From assembly GCA_044224875.1 (NCBI GenBank), contig JBGAJQ010000052.1, positions 1 to 43,608 on the forward strand: 43,608 nt of DNA. Direction: 5' to 3'. This stretch comes from Gemmatimonadaceae bacterium. Its GTDB lineage: Bacteria > Gemmatimonadota > Gemmatimonadetes > Gemmatimonadales > Gemmatimonadaceae. The notes under the pieces are model-generated. The model did no database searches and was not told where the DNA came from. It saw only the letters and a program-made list of their open reading frames with translations. Position numbers and translations under genes: made by a program. Positions 18,378 to 27,819 of this stretch are shown piece after piece (positions within the stretch are counted from its first letter, which is position 1; the number at the start of each line of letters is the position of its first letter).

Positions 18378-20417
18378 GTGAGTGGGCGCCTGGCGGCCGT
18401 GGCGAGCAAGTCGAACGGAGCGTGGCAGGTGACGCTGTTCAGCTACGACGCCGACGGGCGGGTGAGCAAGCGCTGGATCTACACGGAGGCGAACGGCGGC
18501 GCGACGGTGCTCACGAACCTGAACACCAGCATCACGTACGTCCGGGATCTGCGCGACGCGCTGACGCAGCGTTCCGATACGACGGGCAGCAGCTTCTTCT
18601 ACCAGTGGTCCGACTACGACGGGCGCGGGCTGCTGTGGACAGTCTCGGCGGCCACCACGAATGTGAAGCCGGGGACGCCGGACGTGACAAACACGTATCG
18701 GCCGAGCGGGCAGGTGGCGAGCCGGCTGTTCTCGGGCGGGCCGACCGTGCCCATCACCTATACGATCCGGGAGCAGCTGGCGCAGATCGGCGATCCGGCG
18801 GGGACGACGTCCCCGTTCAGCGCGAAGTACAGCTACAACGCGAACAGCACGATCAGCACGGGCGAGTTCTACTCGGGTGGCAGCCCCGCCACCAACAAGC
18901 GGTACAAGTACGACTTCCCGACGTATGATGCGCTCAATCGGCTCAAGAGTGCGGACTACTCATTCTGGAACGGGAGTGCATGGACGACGAGCGCGGCGTA
19001 CGACCTGCCGAGCATCAGCTACGACGCGAATGGGAACCTGACCGCCCTGCAGCGGAACAAGGACACCGGGGCGCTGATCGACAACCTGACCTACACGATC
19101 GCGCCGGCGAGCAACCGGCTCAACTCCATTGCGGACGCCGTGGGCGCCACGGCGGAGACGTGGGATGCGGAGGCTGGATCGTTTACCTACGATGCCAAGG
19201 GGAACCAGCTCACGGCACCGGGCCCGTACTCGATAACCGCGACGACCTACGATCCGCGAAACCTCCCGCTGAGCCTTACAATCGCGGGGACGACGACGAA
19301 CTACCGGTATGATGATGCGGGCCAGCGGATCACGAAGCAGGTCGGGGCCGGGAACACGGAAGTCTACGTGAAGGAAGGGACGACCACGTTAGGCGTGTTC
19401 ACGGTGAGCAGCGGTGGGACCTTGATCTCGTCGTACTTCAACCTGCTGGCCGGGGATCGCGTGGTGGGCCGGCAGCCGAGTGCCGGGACCCGGAGCTACT
19501 ACCACACGGACCTGTTAGGCAGCACGCGCTCGGTGACGCAAGGCGTGACGATCACCGAGAGTTACGACTACGATCCGTGGGGCCTGCTGATGCCGGGGCG
19601 CACGCTCGGCAGTGGGACGAAGGAAGGGTTTACGAGCAAGGAGCGGGACGTCGAGAGCCAGCTGGACTACTTCGGGGCCCGCTACTACCTGGCGGCGGTG
19701 GGGAGGTGGGCGGGAGTCGATCCTCTCGGCGAGAAGCATTGGGAGTGGTCTCCATACGGATACGTGCTGGATGACCCAACCATCCTAGCAGATCCCGACG
19801 GCCGACAAGTCCGCGGAGACGGACTCATGATTCGACTTATAGATCAGGCCCAGCGCACTGCTGCGGCTGAGGTCGGAGCCCAAGCCGACGCGATTCGACT
19901 CTCGATGATCCGTGGACTGTACGACCTTGCTGTAGTCCAAGGAGTGTTCAGCAGCGTGGAGGGCGTTGCGGGAATCGTGGCTTCAGAGGGACGAACGGCC
20001 GCGATAGCCGAAGAAGCAGGCGCACTAGACGCTTCGGTCGGTTCCGCGAGGGCCTTCGAGTCATCCGCGCAGGGATCGACGGGGTTCATTTCAGGCCAAA
20101 CCGAGACTGTCCAGCGCGCGATGTCACGGGCCGAACTCGATGCCACCAGGAGCAGCGGACTACTCCGCGGGGGCCGTCCGGGCACGCACTTTGTTAGCGA
20201 TGCCGTAAACGCCAGTCCTCTGCGCGCCCGGCAGCGACTAGCTCTCGCGCAAACGCCTGAGGTGAGGGTCACGATGGAGGTTCCTCAGGGACGATTGTCC
20301 GCGCCCAGCAAGATAGCTTCAGGAAGCAAGATGCCCGGCGGTGGGACGGAGCGGACGGGTTCCGGGAGTATCCCCGTTCGCATTAAGAAGGTTGACGCGT
20401 ACCCGAAGCGACCATGA
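18378..20417 (+). CDS. Orphan Rhs module 2: Rhs core plus ART-like (TreTu-like) toxin
   Basis: Near-copy of main rhs 13327-14710, with degenerate homology back to ~18205; PTILADPDG. C-terminus VQRAMSRAEL...LLRGGRPGTHFVSD...RQRLAL.QTPEVRV...MPGGGTER. Confidence 0.8.
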   Translation: MSGRLAAVASKSNGAWQVTLFSYDADGRVSKRWIYTEANGGATVLTNLNTSITYVRDLRDALTQRSDTTGSSFFYQWSDYDGRGLLWTVSAATTNVKPGTPDVTNTYRPSGQVASRLFSGGPTVPITYTIREQLAQIGDPAGTTSPFSAKYSYNANSTISTGEFYSGGSPATNKRYKYDFPTYDALNRLKSADYSFWNGSAWTTSAAYDLPSISYDANGNLTALQRNKDTGALIDNLTYTIAPASNRLNSIADAVGATAETWDAEAGSFTYDAKGNQLTAPGPYSITATTYDPRNLPLSLTIAGTTTNYRYDDAGQRITKQVGAGNTEVYVKEGTTTLGVFTVSSGGTLISSYFNLLAGDRVVGRQPSAGTRSYYHTDLLGSTRSVTQGVTITESYDYDPWGLLMPGRTLGSGTKEGFTSKERDVESQLDYFGARYYLAAVGRWAGVDPLGEKHWEWSPYGYVLDDPTILADPDGRQVRGDGLMIRLIDQAQRTAAAEVGAQADAIRLSMIRGLYDLAVVQGVFSSVEGVAGIVASEGRTAAIAEEAGALDASVGSARAFESSAQGSTGFISGQTETVQRAMSRAELDATRSSGLLRGGRPGTHFVSDAVNASPLRARQRLALAQTPEVRVTMEVPQGRLSAPSKIASGSKMPGGGTERTGSGSIPVRIKKVDAYPKRP

Positions 20418-20779
20418 GCCCATCTCGCGTGAAAATCACCATCAGTGACCCTTGGCAACTTGGTGAGGCACTTGGTTGGCGACCAATGGTCGGCAATGTC
20501 GTGCGACTAGAAGCGAACGCGGCAACTAATGACGCATTGATTGAGCTGGACACAGTCGTAGATCAGCGCGCTTTTCCGACGAGATTTGTCGTAGCTACCC
20601 CTCGGCACATTGGGGAGTCCATCGAAGCAATCGAACGCGGCACTGTTGTGACATGTTCTTTTACGGGCATTTCTGAAGAACAGGCCTTCTCTGGCTACCC
20701 ATTAGACCTCGGGAGCTGGCGTGGAGGGATGGCTTTCACGGGAACAATCGCGAGGGAACGGAGCGAACCGGCGACATAG
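20414..20779 (+). CDS. Putative immunity protein of orphan module 2
   Basis: ATGA overlap with the toxin stop; 121 aa, beta-rich, no signal peptide. Confidence 0.7.
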   Translation: MSPSRVKITISDPWQLGEALGWRPMVGNVVRLEANAATNDALIELDTVVDQRAFPTRFVVATPRHIGESIEAIERGTVVTCSFTGISEEQAFSGYPLDLGSWRGGMAFTGTIARERSEPAT

Positions 20780-20849
20780 GTTGAGCCCAGCATAAGGTCA
20801 TTTGGCGATTGCCGCGGCCTGCTCGACGAAACCGCGCGCGTGCCTGAGC

Positions 20850-21585
20850 ACGGTTGCGTTAACCACGATTTTCACCAACCGCCCCTGACCTCCGGCGTCG
20901 GGGCAGCGGCGTTTGCTGGCTTGGATCTGACTACGACGCACGCCGCGCTGGAGAATTCAAATACGAATTGGACAGGTCGTACGGCAGTACGATGCCGAGC
21001 CGAGCACGACGAGTTTCCCGTGGAGCCGGTTCAGCACGCAGATCACGCCGGTGACACTCACCACTGTGAGCGGGCGCCTGGCGGCGGTAGCGAGCAAGTC
21101 GAACGGGGCGTGGCAGGTGACGCTGTTCAGCTACGACGCCGATGGGCGGGTGAGCAAGCGGTACCTGTACACGGAGGCCAACGGCGGCGCGTCCGTGCTC
21201 ACGAACCTGAACACGAGCATCACGTACGCGCGGGGCCTGCGCGACGCGGTGACGCAGCGGTCGGATACGACGGGGACGAGCTTCTTCTACCAGTGGTCCG
21301 ACTACGACGGCCGGGGGCTGTTGTGGAAGGTGTCGGCGGCGACCACGAATGTGAAGCCGGGGACGCCGGACGTGACGTACACGTACCGGCCGAGCGGGCA
21401 GGTGGCGAGCCGGCTGTTCTCGGGCGGGCCGACGGTGCCCATCACCTATACGATCCGGGAGCAGCTGGCGCAGATCGGGGATCCGGTGGGGACGACGTAC
21501 CCGTTCAGCGCGAAGTACAGCTACAACGCGAACAGCACGATCCGTACCGGGGAGTTCTATTCGGGCGGGAGTCCGGCGGCGAACC
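20850..21585 (+). pseudogene. Orphan Rhs fragment 3, truncated before the core end (no toxin)
   Basis: Homologous to main rhs ~13110-13843; similarity stops after GEFYSGGSPAAN. Confidence 0.8.
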
Positions 21586-21615
21586 CAGCGGGGACCGCCC
21601 CGGCGGGGGTGGCGC

Positions 21616-21639
21616 CAGTATATCCGATCAGATATACTG
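21616..21639 (+). promoter_or_regulatory. Palindromic operator overlapping a -10 box (probable leaderless promoter)
   Basis: CAGTATATC-CGATCA-GATATACTG; TATACT at 21633-21638 lies 6 nt before ATG 21645. Confidence 0.65.
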
Positions 21640-21644
21640 CGCCA

Positions 21645-22181
21645 ATGAACCCTGTCCGTGAAATCCGCGAGGCGGTCAGCCTCACACAGCTACAACTCGC
21701 CGTGGCAGCAGGGACGTCGCAGTCCGCCGTGGCGGCGTACGAGAGTGGCCGCAAGAGCCCGACGTGGCGCACGATGGAACGGCTCGCCGACGCCGCAGGG
21801 TGCCTTGTTGAATTGCGTGTGCTGCCACCGCTCACCCGCGAGGATCGCCGCTCGCTCGCCCTGCACGCGGCGGTCGCCGAACGCCTGCACGCCGAGCCCG
21901 CCGACGTGCTGCGGCGCGCGCAGCAGTCGCTCGCGCGCATGCGTGCGCTACATCCTGACGCGCGTGCCCTCCTGGATGAGTGGAAAGTGCTCTTGCGTCG
22001 CCCGCTCGACGCCCTGCTCCCCGTGCTGACCGATCCGTCGCCATGGGCGCGCGAGCTCCGACATGTCACACCATTCACCGGCGTGTTGTCGGCCAAAGAG
22101 CGCGCGCGCATCTACCGAGCGTTTGCCGTGAGCGAACCTCCGCACCATCGGACCGCACACTCCCTCGGTCACGCATCATGA
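21645..22181 (+). CDS. XRE-family HTH protein, putative antitoxin
   Basis: LTQLQLAVAAGTSQSAVAAYESGRKSPT HTH, plus a helical domain RSLALH...ELRHVTPFTGVL. Confidence 0.8.
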   Translation: MNPVREIREAVSLTQLQLAVAAGTSQSAVAAYESGRKSPTWRTMERLADAAGCLVELRVLPPLTREDRRSLALHAAVAERLHAEPADVLRRAQQSLARMRALHPDARALLDEWKVLLRRPLDALLPVLTDPSPWARELRHVTPFTGVLSAKERARIYRAFAVSEPPHHRTAHSLGHAS

Positions 22182-22705
22182 CGCGCGAACAGTTCGAACA
22201 TGCGATTCGCGCCGCTGGTGCCGTGCTGGGTGTGTCCGAGTTGATCGTGATCGGCAGCCAAGCGGTCCACGGGAGCATGAGCGGTGACTTGCCGGTGGAA
22301 GCCGCGCGATCGGTGGAGGTCGACGTCGCAGTTCGCGGAGATGCCGACGGTCGACTCGCCGACCTCATCGACGGCTCGATCGGCGAGGCTTCGATGTTTC
22401 ACGACACGTTCGGCTACTATGCGCAAGGTGTCGTGGAATCGACCGCGCGCTTGCCTGACGGTTGGCAAGCACGGCTCGTGCGATTCGAAACGCCTGCCAC
22501 GAGCGGTGTCGTCGCGTGGTGTCTCGAAGTGCACGACCTCTGGATTTCGAAGGCCGTGGCCGGCCGCGAGAAAGACACGGAGTTCTGCCGCGCCTTGCTG
22601 CAACGTGGGACGGTCGACCCCCGCATACTGCGCACGCGACTCCAGCTCGTGCCGCAGCTCGACGATCGCCTCCGACAGGCGGTGGCTGAACGGATTCCGT
22701 TGTAA
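22178..22705 (+). CDS. DUF6036-type nucleotidyltransferase, putative toxin
   Basis: VIGSQA...SVEVDV (GS/ExD NTase motif), FHDTFGYYAQGV, SK..AGREKD; ATGA overlap with the HTH gene. Confidence 0.75.
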   Translation: MTREQFEHAIRAAGAVLGVSELIVIGSQAVHGSMSGDLPVEAARSVEVDVAVRGDADGRLADLIDGSIGEASMFHDTFGYYAQGVVESTARLPDGWQARLVRFETPATSGVVAWCLEVHDLWISKAVAGREKDTEFCRALLQRGTVDPRILRTRLQLVPQLDDRLRQAVAERIPL

Positions 22706-22789
22706 GAGCCGACGAGGGTGTTCTGGCCGGCTCGTGCCCGCCGCACCGTTCACTGGGTGACGGGCGGTCGCGCGCAGGGCAAATGCTCG

Positions 22790-25144
22790 TTAGGCCTGCG
22801 TGGCCGGCGCCCCAGGGGCGTCCGTCAGTGTGCGACGGAGCACACGGTCCAGCTCCTCGATCCGGAACGGCTTCTGGATAAAGCCACCGTGTGCGTCGTC
22901 CGTGACACGGCGCGCCAGCTCCTGTTCGCTGAAGCCGGACATCAGGATCGTGGGGAAGCCCGGCGCTACGCGATGCATCTCCCGGATCACTTCCTCGCCC
23001 CCCATGCGCGGCATCGTCAGGTCCACAAACGCAAAGGCCAGGCGCGCACGCTCGGCGGTGAAGGTCTCCAACCCTTCCACCCCGTCCTTGGCCAGGATCA
23101 CGGTATACCCACGCCGTTCGAGCATGTGCTTGGCCACCGCGCGGACGGTGGCGTCGTCGTCAATGACCAACACGGTGCCGCTGCCGGTGATGACGTCGCC
23201 GCTTTCATCCGGGACGTCGTTAGCCGTTGCCAGCGTCACGGCGACAGGGAACAGTACCCGGAAGGTCGTGCCAATTCCCGGCGCACTCGACACCTTGATC
23301 GTGCCACGATGGCCGCGGACGATGCCTAACGTGGCAGCCAGTCCCAGACCGCGCCCCGTGAACTTCGTGGAGAAGAATGGCTCGAAGATGCGCGACATGG
23401 TTTCGGCGGTCATGCCATGCCCGGTATCCGTCACCTCCACCCACGCGTACAGCCCGGCATCCAGCGACTCGTCGGAGTAGTCGGAACGCAGGTAGGCCCG
23501 GTCGCAGTCGCGGACGCCCGTCCGCACCACGATGTCCCCGGTCTCGCCGCCTAGGGCATCCGACGCGTTCGTGATCAGGTTCATCACGATCTGGCGCAGC
23601 TGGGTCGCATCGGCCTCCACGTGGGGCAGGTCGCGCGCCAGCTCCAACGTCAGTCGGGCCCGCTTGGAAATGACGGTGTTCAGCAGGTTCGCCATTTCCT
23701 CCACCAGCGCCGTCAGGTCCACCGCGCGAACCACAAAGCGCCCGCGACCGGAATACGCCAGCATCTGCTTGGTGAGGTCGGCGGCGCGCAGGGCCGTGGT
23801 CTCGATGTCCTTCACGACCTCGTACAGCGGCGTGGCCGGCTCGATGTCCATCAGCGCCAGTGAGGCATTGCCCAGCATGCCCACCAGCAGGTTGTTGAAG
23901 TCGTGCGCAATGCCTCCCGCCAACACGCCAAGGCTCTCCAGCTTTTGCGCGTGTTGCATCTGTGCTTCCAGGCGCTTGCGCTCGTCCTCGGCACGCCGAT
24001 GGTACGTGACGTCGCGCCCAATCCCGATGTGTGTGCCATCGGAGAGCACCACGGACGTCCACGCCGTCATCAACTCGCGCCCATCCCTGGTGCGCGTCGG
24101 GAAGTCCTGCCACGTCTGCTCACTATGGATCATGTGGTCGCGGGCCGCCGCCCGCGTGGTCTCGTCCGGATAGAGCGCCTGCAGCAGGTCCTGACCGGCG
24201 AGATCGTCGATCGGCCACCCCAGGGTGGCTGACAGATGATGGTTCGCCCACCTGATCTCGCCGCCGGCGTCCATGAACGCGACCATCAGCGGAATGTGGT
24301 CGAGGATCTTCTGCAGCACTTCGCGTTGTTGGCGCGATGTCGCCTCGGCGCGGCTCCGTTCCGTGATGTCGTGGCCGCTCGCGATGACGCCAACCGGATT
24401 CGCCGAGACGTCCAGGAGGCGGCTCAGGTTCCAGAGCATCACGCGCTCGCTGCCATCGCGCGCGTGGTGCACATGTTCAACCTGACGAACCGTCTCCGAC
24501 GAGAGGGCGTGCGACAGGTCGGCCCAACCCTGGCGCCGATCGGTTTCCGGGACCAGCAGGTCAAACGCGCTCGCGCCCAGCACGTCACGACGGCTGTAAC
24601 CAAAGACGCGCTCCGCTTCCTGGTTCCACTCGAAGATCGTTCCCGTGGGGGAAACACCGACGATCACGTTCGCGGTGGTTTCGATCAGTGACCGGTACCG
24701 GTGCTCACTCGCCAGCAGCGCCCGTTCCGCCCGTTGGCGCTCGGTGATGTCGCGGAAGAACACATACCACAAGGAACGACCTTGGGCATCGGTGAAGGCG
24801 GTGACGGAGGTGTCCGCCTCGAATCGCGTGCCGTCCACCCGCACCATCGTCAGGCTGCCCACAAAGTGCCCCGTGTCCAGGCAGTGTGCCCGCGCCGCCA
24901 TCACTCGTGGATCGTCAGCGGCAACGACCTGCGACCAGACCACGCCGCGAAACTCATCCTCAGCGCGCTGGAACAGCCGGCACGCTTCGGCGTTGGCGCG
25001 CACCACGCGCCCCTCGACCGTGGTCAAGAGCACGCCACTCAAGCCGTGGTTGAAGATGGCCTGGAAGTGCGCGTCGTCGATTTGAACCTCTTCGTGTCCC
25101 CCTGGCTCTATAGCGCCGGCAGACAGGTCGATCGCGTGAGACAT
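22790..25144 (-). CDS. Cytoplasmic hybrid sensor histidine kinase/response regulator with 3 PAS domains (CckA-like)
   Basis: AGGIAHDFNNLL, QIVMNLITNASDA, DTGHGM, FEPFFSTKFTGRGLGL; receiver LVIDDD..DLTMP..FIQKPF. Confidence 0.92.
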   Translation of the reverse strand: MSHAIDLSAGAIEPGGHEEVQIDDAHFQAIFNHGLSGVLLTTVEGRVVRANAEACRLFQRAEDEFRGVVWSQVVAADDPRVMAARAHCLDTGHFVGSLTMVRVDGTRFEADTSVTAFTDAQGRSLWYVFFRDITERQRAERALLASEHRYRSLIETTANVIVGVSPTGTIFEWNQEAERVFGYSRRDVLGASAFDLLVPETDRRQGWADLSHALSSETVRQVEHVHHARDGSERVMLWNLSRLLDVSANPVGVIASGHDITERSRAEATSRQQREVLQKILDHIPLMVAFMDAGGEIRWANHHLSATLGWPIDDLAGQDLLQALYPDETTRAAARDHMIHSEQTWQDFPTRTRDGRELMTAWTSVVLSDGTHIGIGRDVTYHRRAEDERKRLEAQMQHAQKLESLGVLAGGIAHDFNNLLVGMLGNASLALMDIEPATPLYEVVKDIETTALRAADLTKQMLAYSGRGRFVVRAVDLTALVEEMANLLNTVISKRARLTLELARDLPHVEADATQLRQIVMNLITNASDALGGETGDIVVRTGVRDCDRAYLRSDYSDESLDAGLYAWVEVTDTGHGMTAETMSRIFEPFFSTKFTGRGLGLAATLGIVRGHRGTIKVSSAPGIGTTFRVLFPVAVTLATANDVPDESGDVITGSGTVLVIDDDATVRAVAKHMLERRGYTVILAKDGVEGLETFTAERARLAFAFVDLTMPRMGGEEVIREMHRVAPGFPTILMSGFSEQELARRVTDDAHGGFIQKPFRIEELDRVLRRTLTDAPGAPATQA

Positions 25145-25361
25145 CAGTGCGCTGTTTCCGGCCCTGGACTGAGGTGGCGGTTCGATGGAAGGACGGACAG
25201 ATTTGAGAATCGTAACCACCTGCATCGATTCGCGACACGACCGCGTCGCCCCCCGCGGCTCTCGTCCGTATCTTCGCTGGCGCCTTGCGCCTGACCGTTC
25301 ACTGCTCAAGCGGTCCGCAACGTCCAGTCGATGCGGCTTTCTCACCATTCAGGGGGTCTGC

Positions 25362-26207
25362 ATGCGCTTATCTCTTGTCATTCCGTCCGTCGCCGCGGCT
25401 GTCTGCTTGAGCAGCGTCGCCGCGGCGCAATGCGTGGTCGACAAGTCGTCCAACGAGGCCAAACTTCTGGCCTATTACGCGGCTCCGCTGGTCTTTTCTC
25501 CTTCTGGCTCGCTCACCCCACTCAGGGCAGGAGCCCTGCGCCTCGGCTTCGACGTGACGTTGATCCCGGCGCCGGGCGACGAACTGCGGCACACTAACAA
25601 GTGCTTTCTCCCCAAGGATGAGAATTCGCAGCTGTCGCCCGTCTTTCCGCGGCCACATGTCACGCTGGGACTCCCGGGCGGCTTCTTTCTCGAAGGGATG
25701 TACTTGCCGCCGGTCACGATCATGGACGCGACACCCAATATGGGGTCCGTGGCCCTGGGCTACATCCGCAGCATCAACGCCAAGATCGGCGTGGCTTTGC
25801 GAGCCCATACCACGCTCGGGCAGGTGAAGGGGCCGATCACGTGCGACCTCTCGTCCCTGCAGAGCAGCAATCCTAACGGAGCCTGCTATGGGGACGCCGT
25901 CTCTGAGGACACCTACAAGCCCAACGCGTTGGGCGGTGACGTTTCCGTGACCGTGCGACAGGGGGAGAAGTTCAACTGGTATGCGGGAGCAGGGTTTTCC
26001 AGCTACAAGCCTCGATTCCAGGTGGGCTTCCAGCCGAGGAACGGGGCGTTCGATAGTACGCGCGTGGAGGTGGACCTGACGCGGGTGGCCCTGCAGGCCG
26101 GCGGGGCCTACAACATCAACCGGAAGGTGGCCATTTCGCTCGAGTTGTACTCCGTACCCGTCGACATGACGACGCTGCGCTTTGGCGGCACTTGGCTGGT
26201 ACGTTGA
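25362..26207 (+). CDS. Secreted hypothetical protein, probable outer-membrane beta-barrel
   Basis: Signal peptide ending AAA-Q; alternating beta-strands; aromatic C-terminal strand. Confidence 0.6.
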   Translation: MRLSLVIPSVAAAVCLSSVAAAQCVVDKSSNEAKLLAYYAAPLVFSPSGSLTPLRAGALRLGFDVTLIPAPGDELRHTNKCFLPKDENSQLSPVFPRPHVTLGLPGGFFLEGMYLPPVTIMDATPNMGSVALGYIRSINAKIGVALRAHTTLGQVKGPITCDLSSLQSSNPNGACYGDAVSEDTYKPNALGGDVSVTVRQGEKFNWYAGAGFSSYKPRFQVGFQPRNGAFDSTRVEVDLTRVALQAGGAYNINRKVAISLELYSVPVDMTTLRFGGTWLVR

Positions 26208-26236
26208 CGCTGCCCTAAATCCTTTCTACGCTTCGA

Positions 26237-26267
26237 GAAGGCGTCGGCACCCGAGGCCGGCGCCTTC
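26237..26267 (+). terminator. Stem-loop after the barrel gene
   Basis: GAAGGCGTCGGC / GCCGGCGCCTTC inverted repeat; no strong U-tract. Confidence 0.35.
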
Positions 26268-26385
26268 ACTGCATCACAACAACGCCTCCCTGCGATTCTT
26301 TCCTTGCGTCCTTCGCTGACTTGACGACCGCAGCATACACTCGACCGATTTCGCACTGGGTTACGATCGCTCCCTACGGACTCTC

Positions 26386-27585
26386 ATGAGACTTTGGAAA
26401 TTAACGGCCGCAATCGCCGTGTCGGGCTGCGCGTCCGGCGCCAAGACCGCCGCGCCTCCCGCACCTGTTCCGGTTGCGTCGGCTGCCCCGAGCGCGCCGA
26501 TCGGCCCAACTCGCGACTACTACCTGTTCGTGGTGGCCGAGTCGGCGGATCAGGTGGCCTTCGTGCGCTTTGGAGCTGACGGGCTCAAGATCGAGCGATC
26601 GCAGAAGGTGGGGATGATGCCCACCGAGATCAATGGACCGCATGGCGTAGCCGCGTCCCCGGACGGCAAGTACTACTATGTGAGCATCGCCCACGGGACG
26701 CCGTACGGCACCCTGTGGAAGTTCGACGCCAGCAACGATTCGCTGATTGCGCGCGTCACGTTAGGCAACTTTCCGGCGACGGTGCAGACGTCACCCGATG
26801 GGGCGCTGGCCTTTGTCGTCAACTTCAACGTGCACGGGGAGATGGTGCCGTCGTCGGTGTCCGTGGTGGCGACTGACGAGATGCTGGAGATTGCCCGCAC
26901 CACCACCTGCACCATGCCACACGGCTCGCGGTTGAACCCGCAAGGCACGCGGCACTACTCGGCGTGCATGATGGACGACCTGCTGGTGGAGCTGGACGCG
27001 CAGACCTTTGGCGTGGCCCGACACTTCATGCTGGGGAAGGGGAAGGAGATGGGGATGGACGGCCCGCCGGCCACCATGGCGCACAGCGGCGACCATGCCG
27101 GCATGAGTCACGACTCGGCCACGATGAAGATGCCGGAGGTGTCCTGCTCACCCACGTGGGCGCAGCCCTCCGTGACCGGTGAGAAGGTCTACGTCGCCTG
27201 CAACAAGTCGAACGACATCGTGGAAGTGGACGTGAAGTCGTGGCAGATGGTGCGCCGCATTCCCGCCGGCAATGGGGTGTACAACCTCGCTGTTTCACCC
27301 GACGGGAAGTTGCTCATCGGCACCAACAAGCGAGACAAGTCGGTTTCGTTCTTCGATATTGCGAGCGGCAAGGAGGTGGCGAAGGTGACCACCAAGCGCC
27401 GCGTGGTGCATGGGGCCGTGGTCTCGCCCGACAGCAAGTACGCCTTCATCACGCAGGAGGGAGTGGGGTCCGAGCCGGGGACGTTGGAGGTTTTTGAGCT
27501 CGCGACGTTCAAGTCGGTGGCGACGCTGGATCTGGGGCAGCAGACGGCAGGCCTGGACTTCTACCGCATGGGGCCAGGGAAGTAA
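26386..27585 (+). CDS. YncE/YVTN-type beta-propeller lipoprotein
   Basis: Lipobox VSGC; repeated GPHG..SPDGK, SPDG and VHG.VVSPD blades. Confidence 0.8.
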   Translation: MRLWKLTAAIAVSGCASGAKTAAPPAPVPVASAAPSAPIGPTRDYYLFVVAESADQVAFVRFGADGLKIERSQKVGMMPTEINGPHGVAASPDGKYYYVSIAHGTPYGTLWKFDASNDSLIARVTLGNFPATVQTSPDGALAFVVNFNVHGEMVPSSVSVVATDEMLEIARTTTCTMPHGSRLNPQGTRHYSACMMDDLLVELDAQTFGVARHFMLGKGKEMGMDGPPATMAHSGDHAGMSHDSATMKMPEVSCSPTWAQPSVTGEKVYVACNKSNDIVEVDVKSWQMVRRIPAGNGVYNLAVSPDGKLLIGTNKRDKSVSFFDIASGKEVAKVTTKRRVVHGAVVSPDSKYAFITQEGVGSEPGTLEVFELATFKSVATLDLGQQTAGLDFYRMGPGK

Positions 27586-27819
27586 GGTCGCGCCGGAACC
27601 GGACCGAGGGGCGCGGGTAAGCGCGCCTCGTGACCGGGATCATGGCGTGACGCAGGTCGCATTTCTCAGGTTGTCGGCCGAGGGTGCTTCGGCGTTTCGC
27701 GGAGGCATGGGCAGTCGTAGATAGTGGCGTCCCTGTGGATTGGGGGGCGAGGGTAGGTTCGGTGTCTACTTGGGCGGACGATGTGGTTTGGTTCGCTTCC
27801 TGATGTGAGGGTATGTCTC

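Noticed and set aside
13327..21585. Diversity-generating retroelement template/variable repeats among the rhs copies
   Set aside because: Differences look mainly synonymous rather than adenine-specific, and no reverse transcriptase is present.
21051..22181. Rhs-HTH fusion protein (376-aa ORF)
   Set aside because: The Rhs part lacks the core end and cleavage motif, and the HTH has its own operator, -10 box and ATG at 21645; the frame continuity looks fortuitous.
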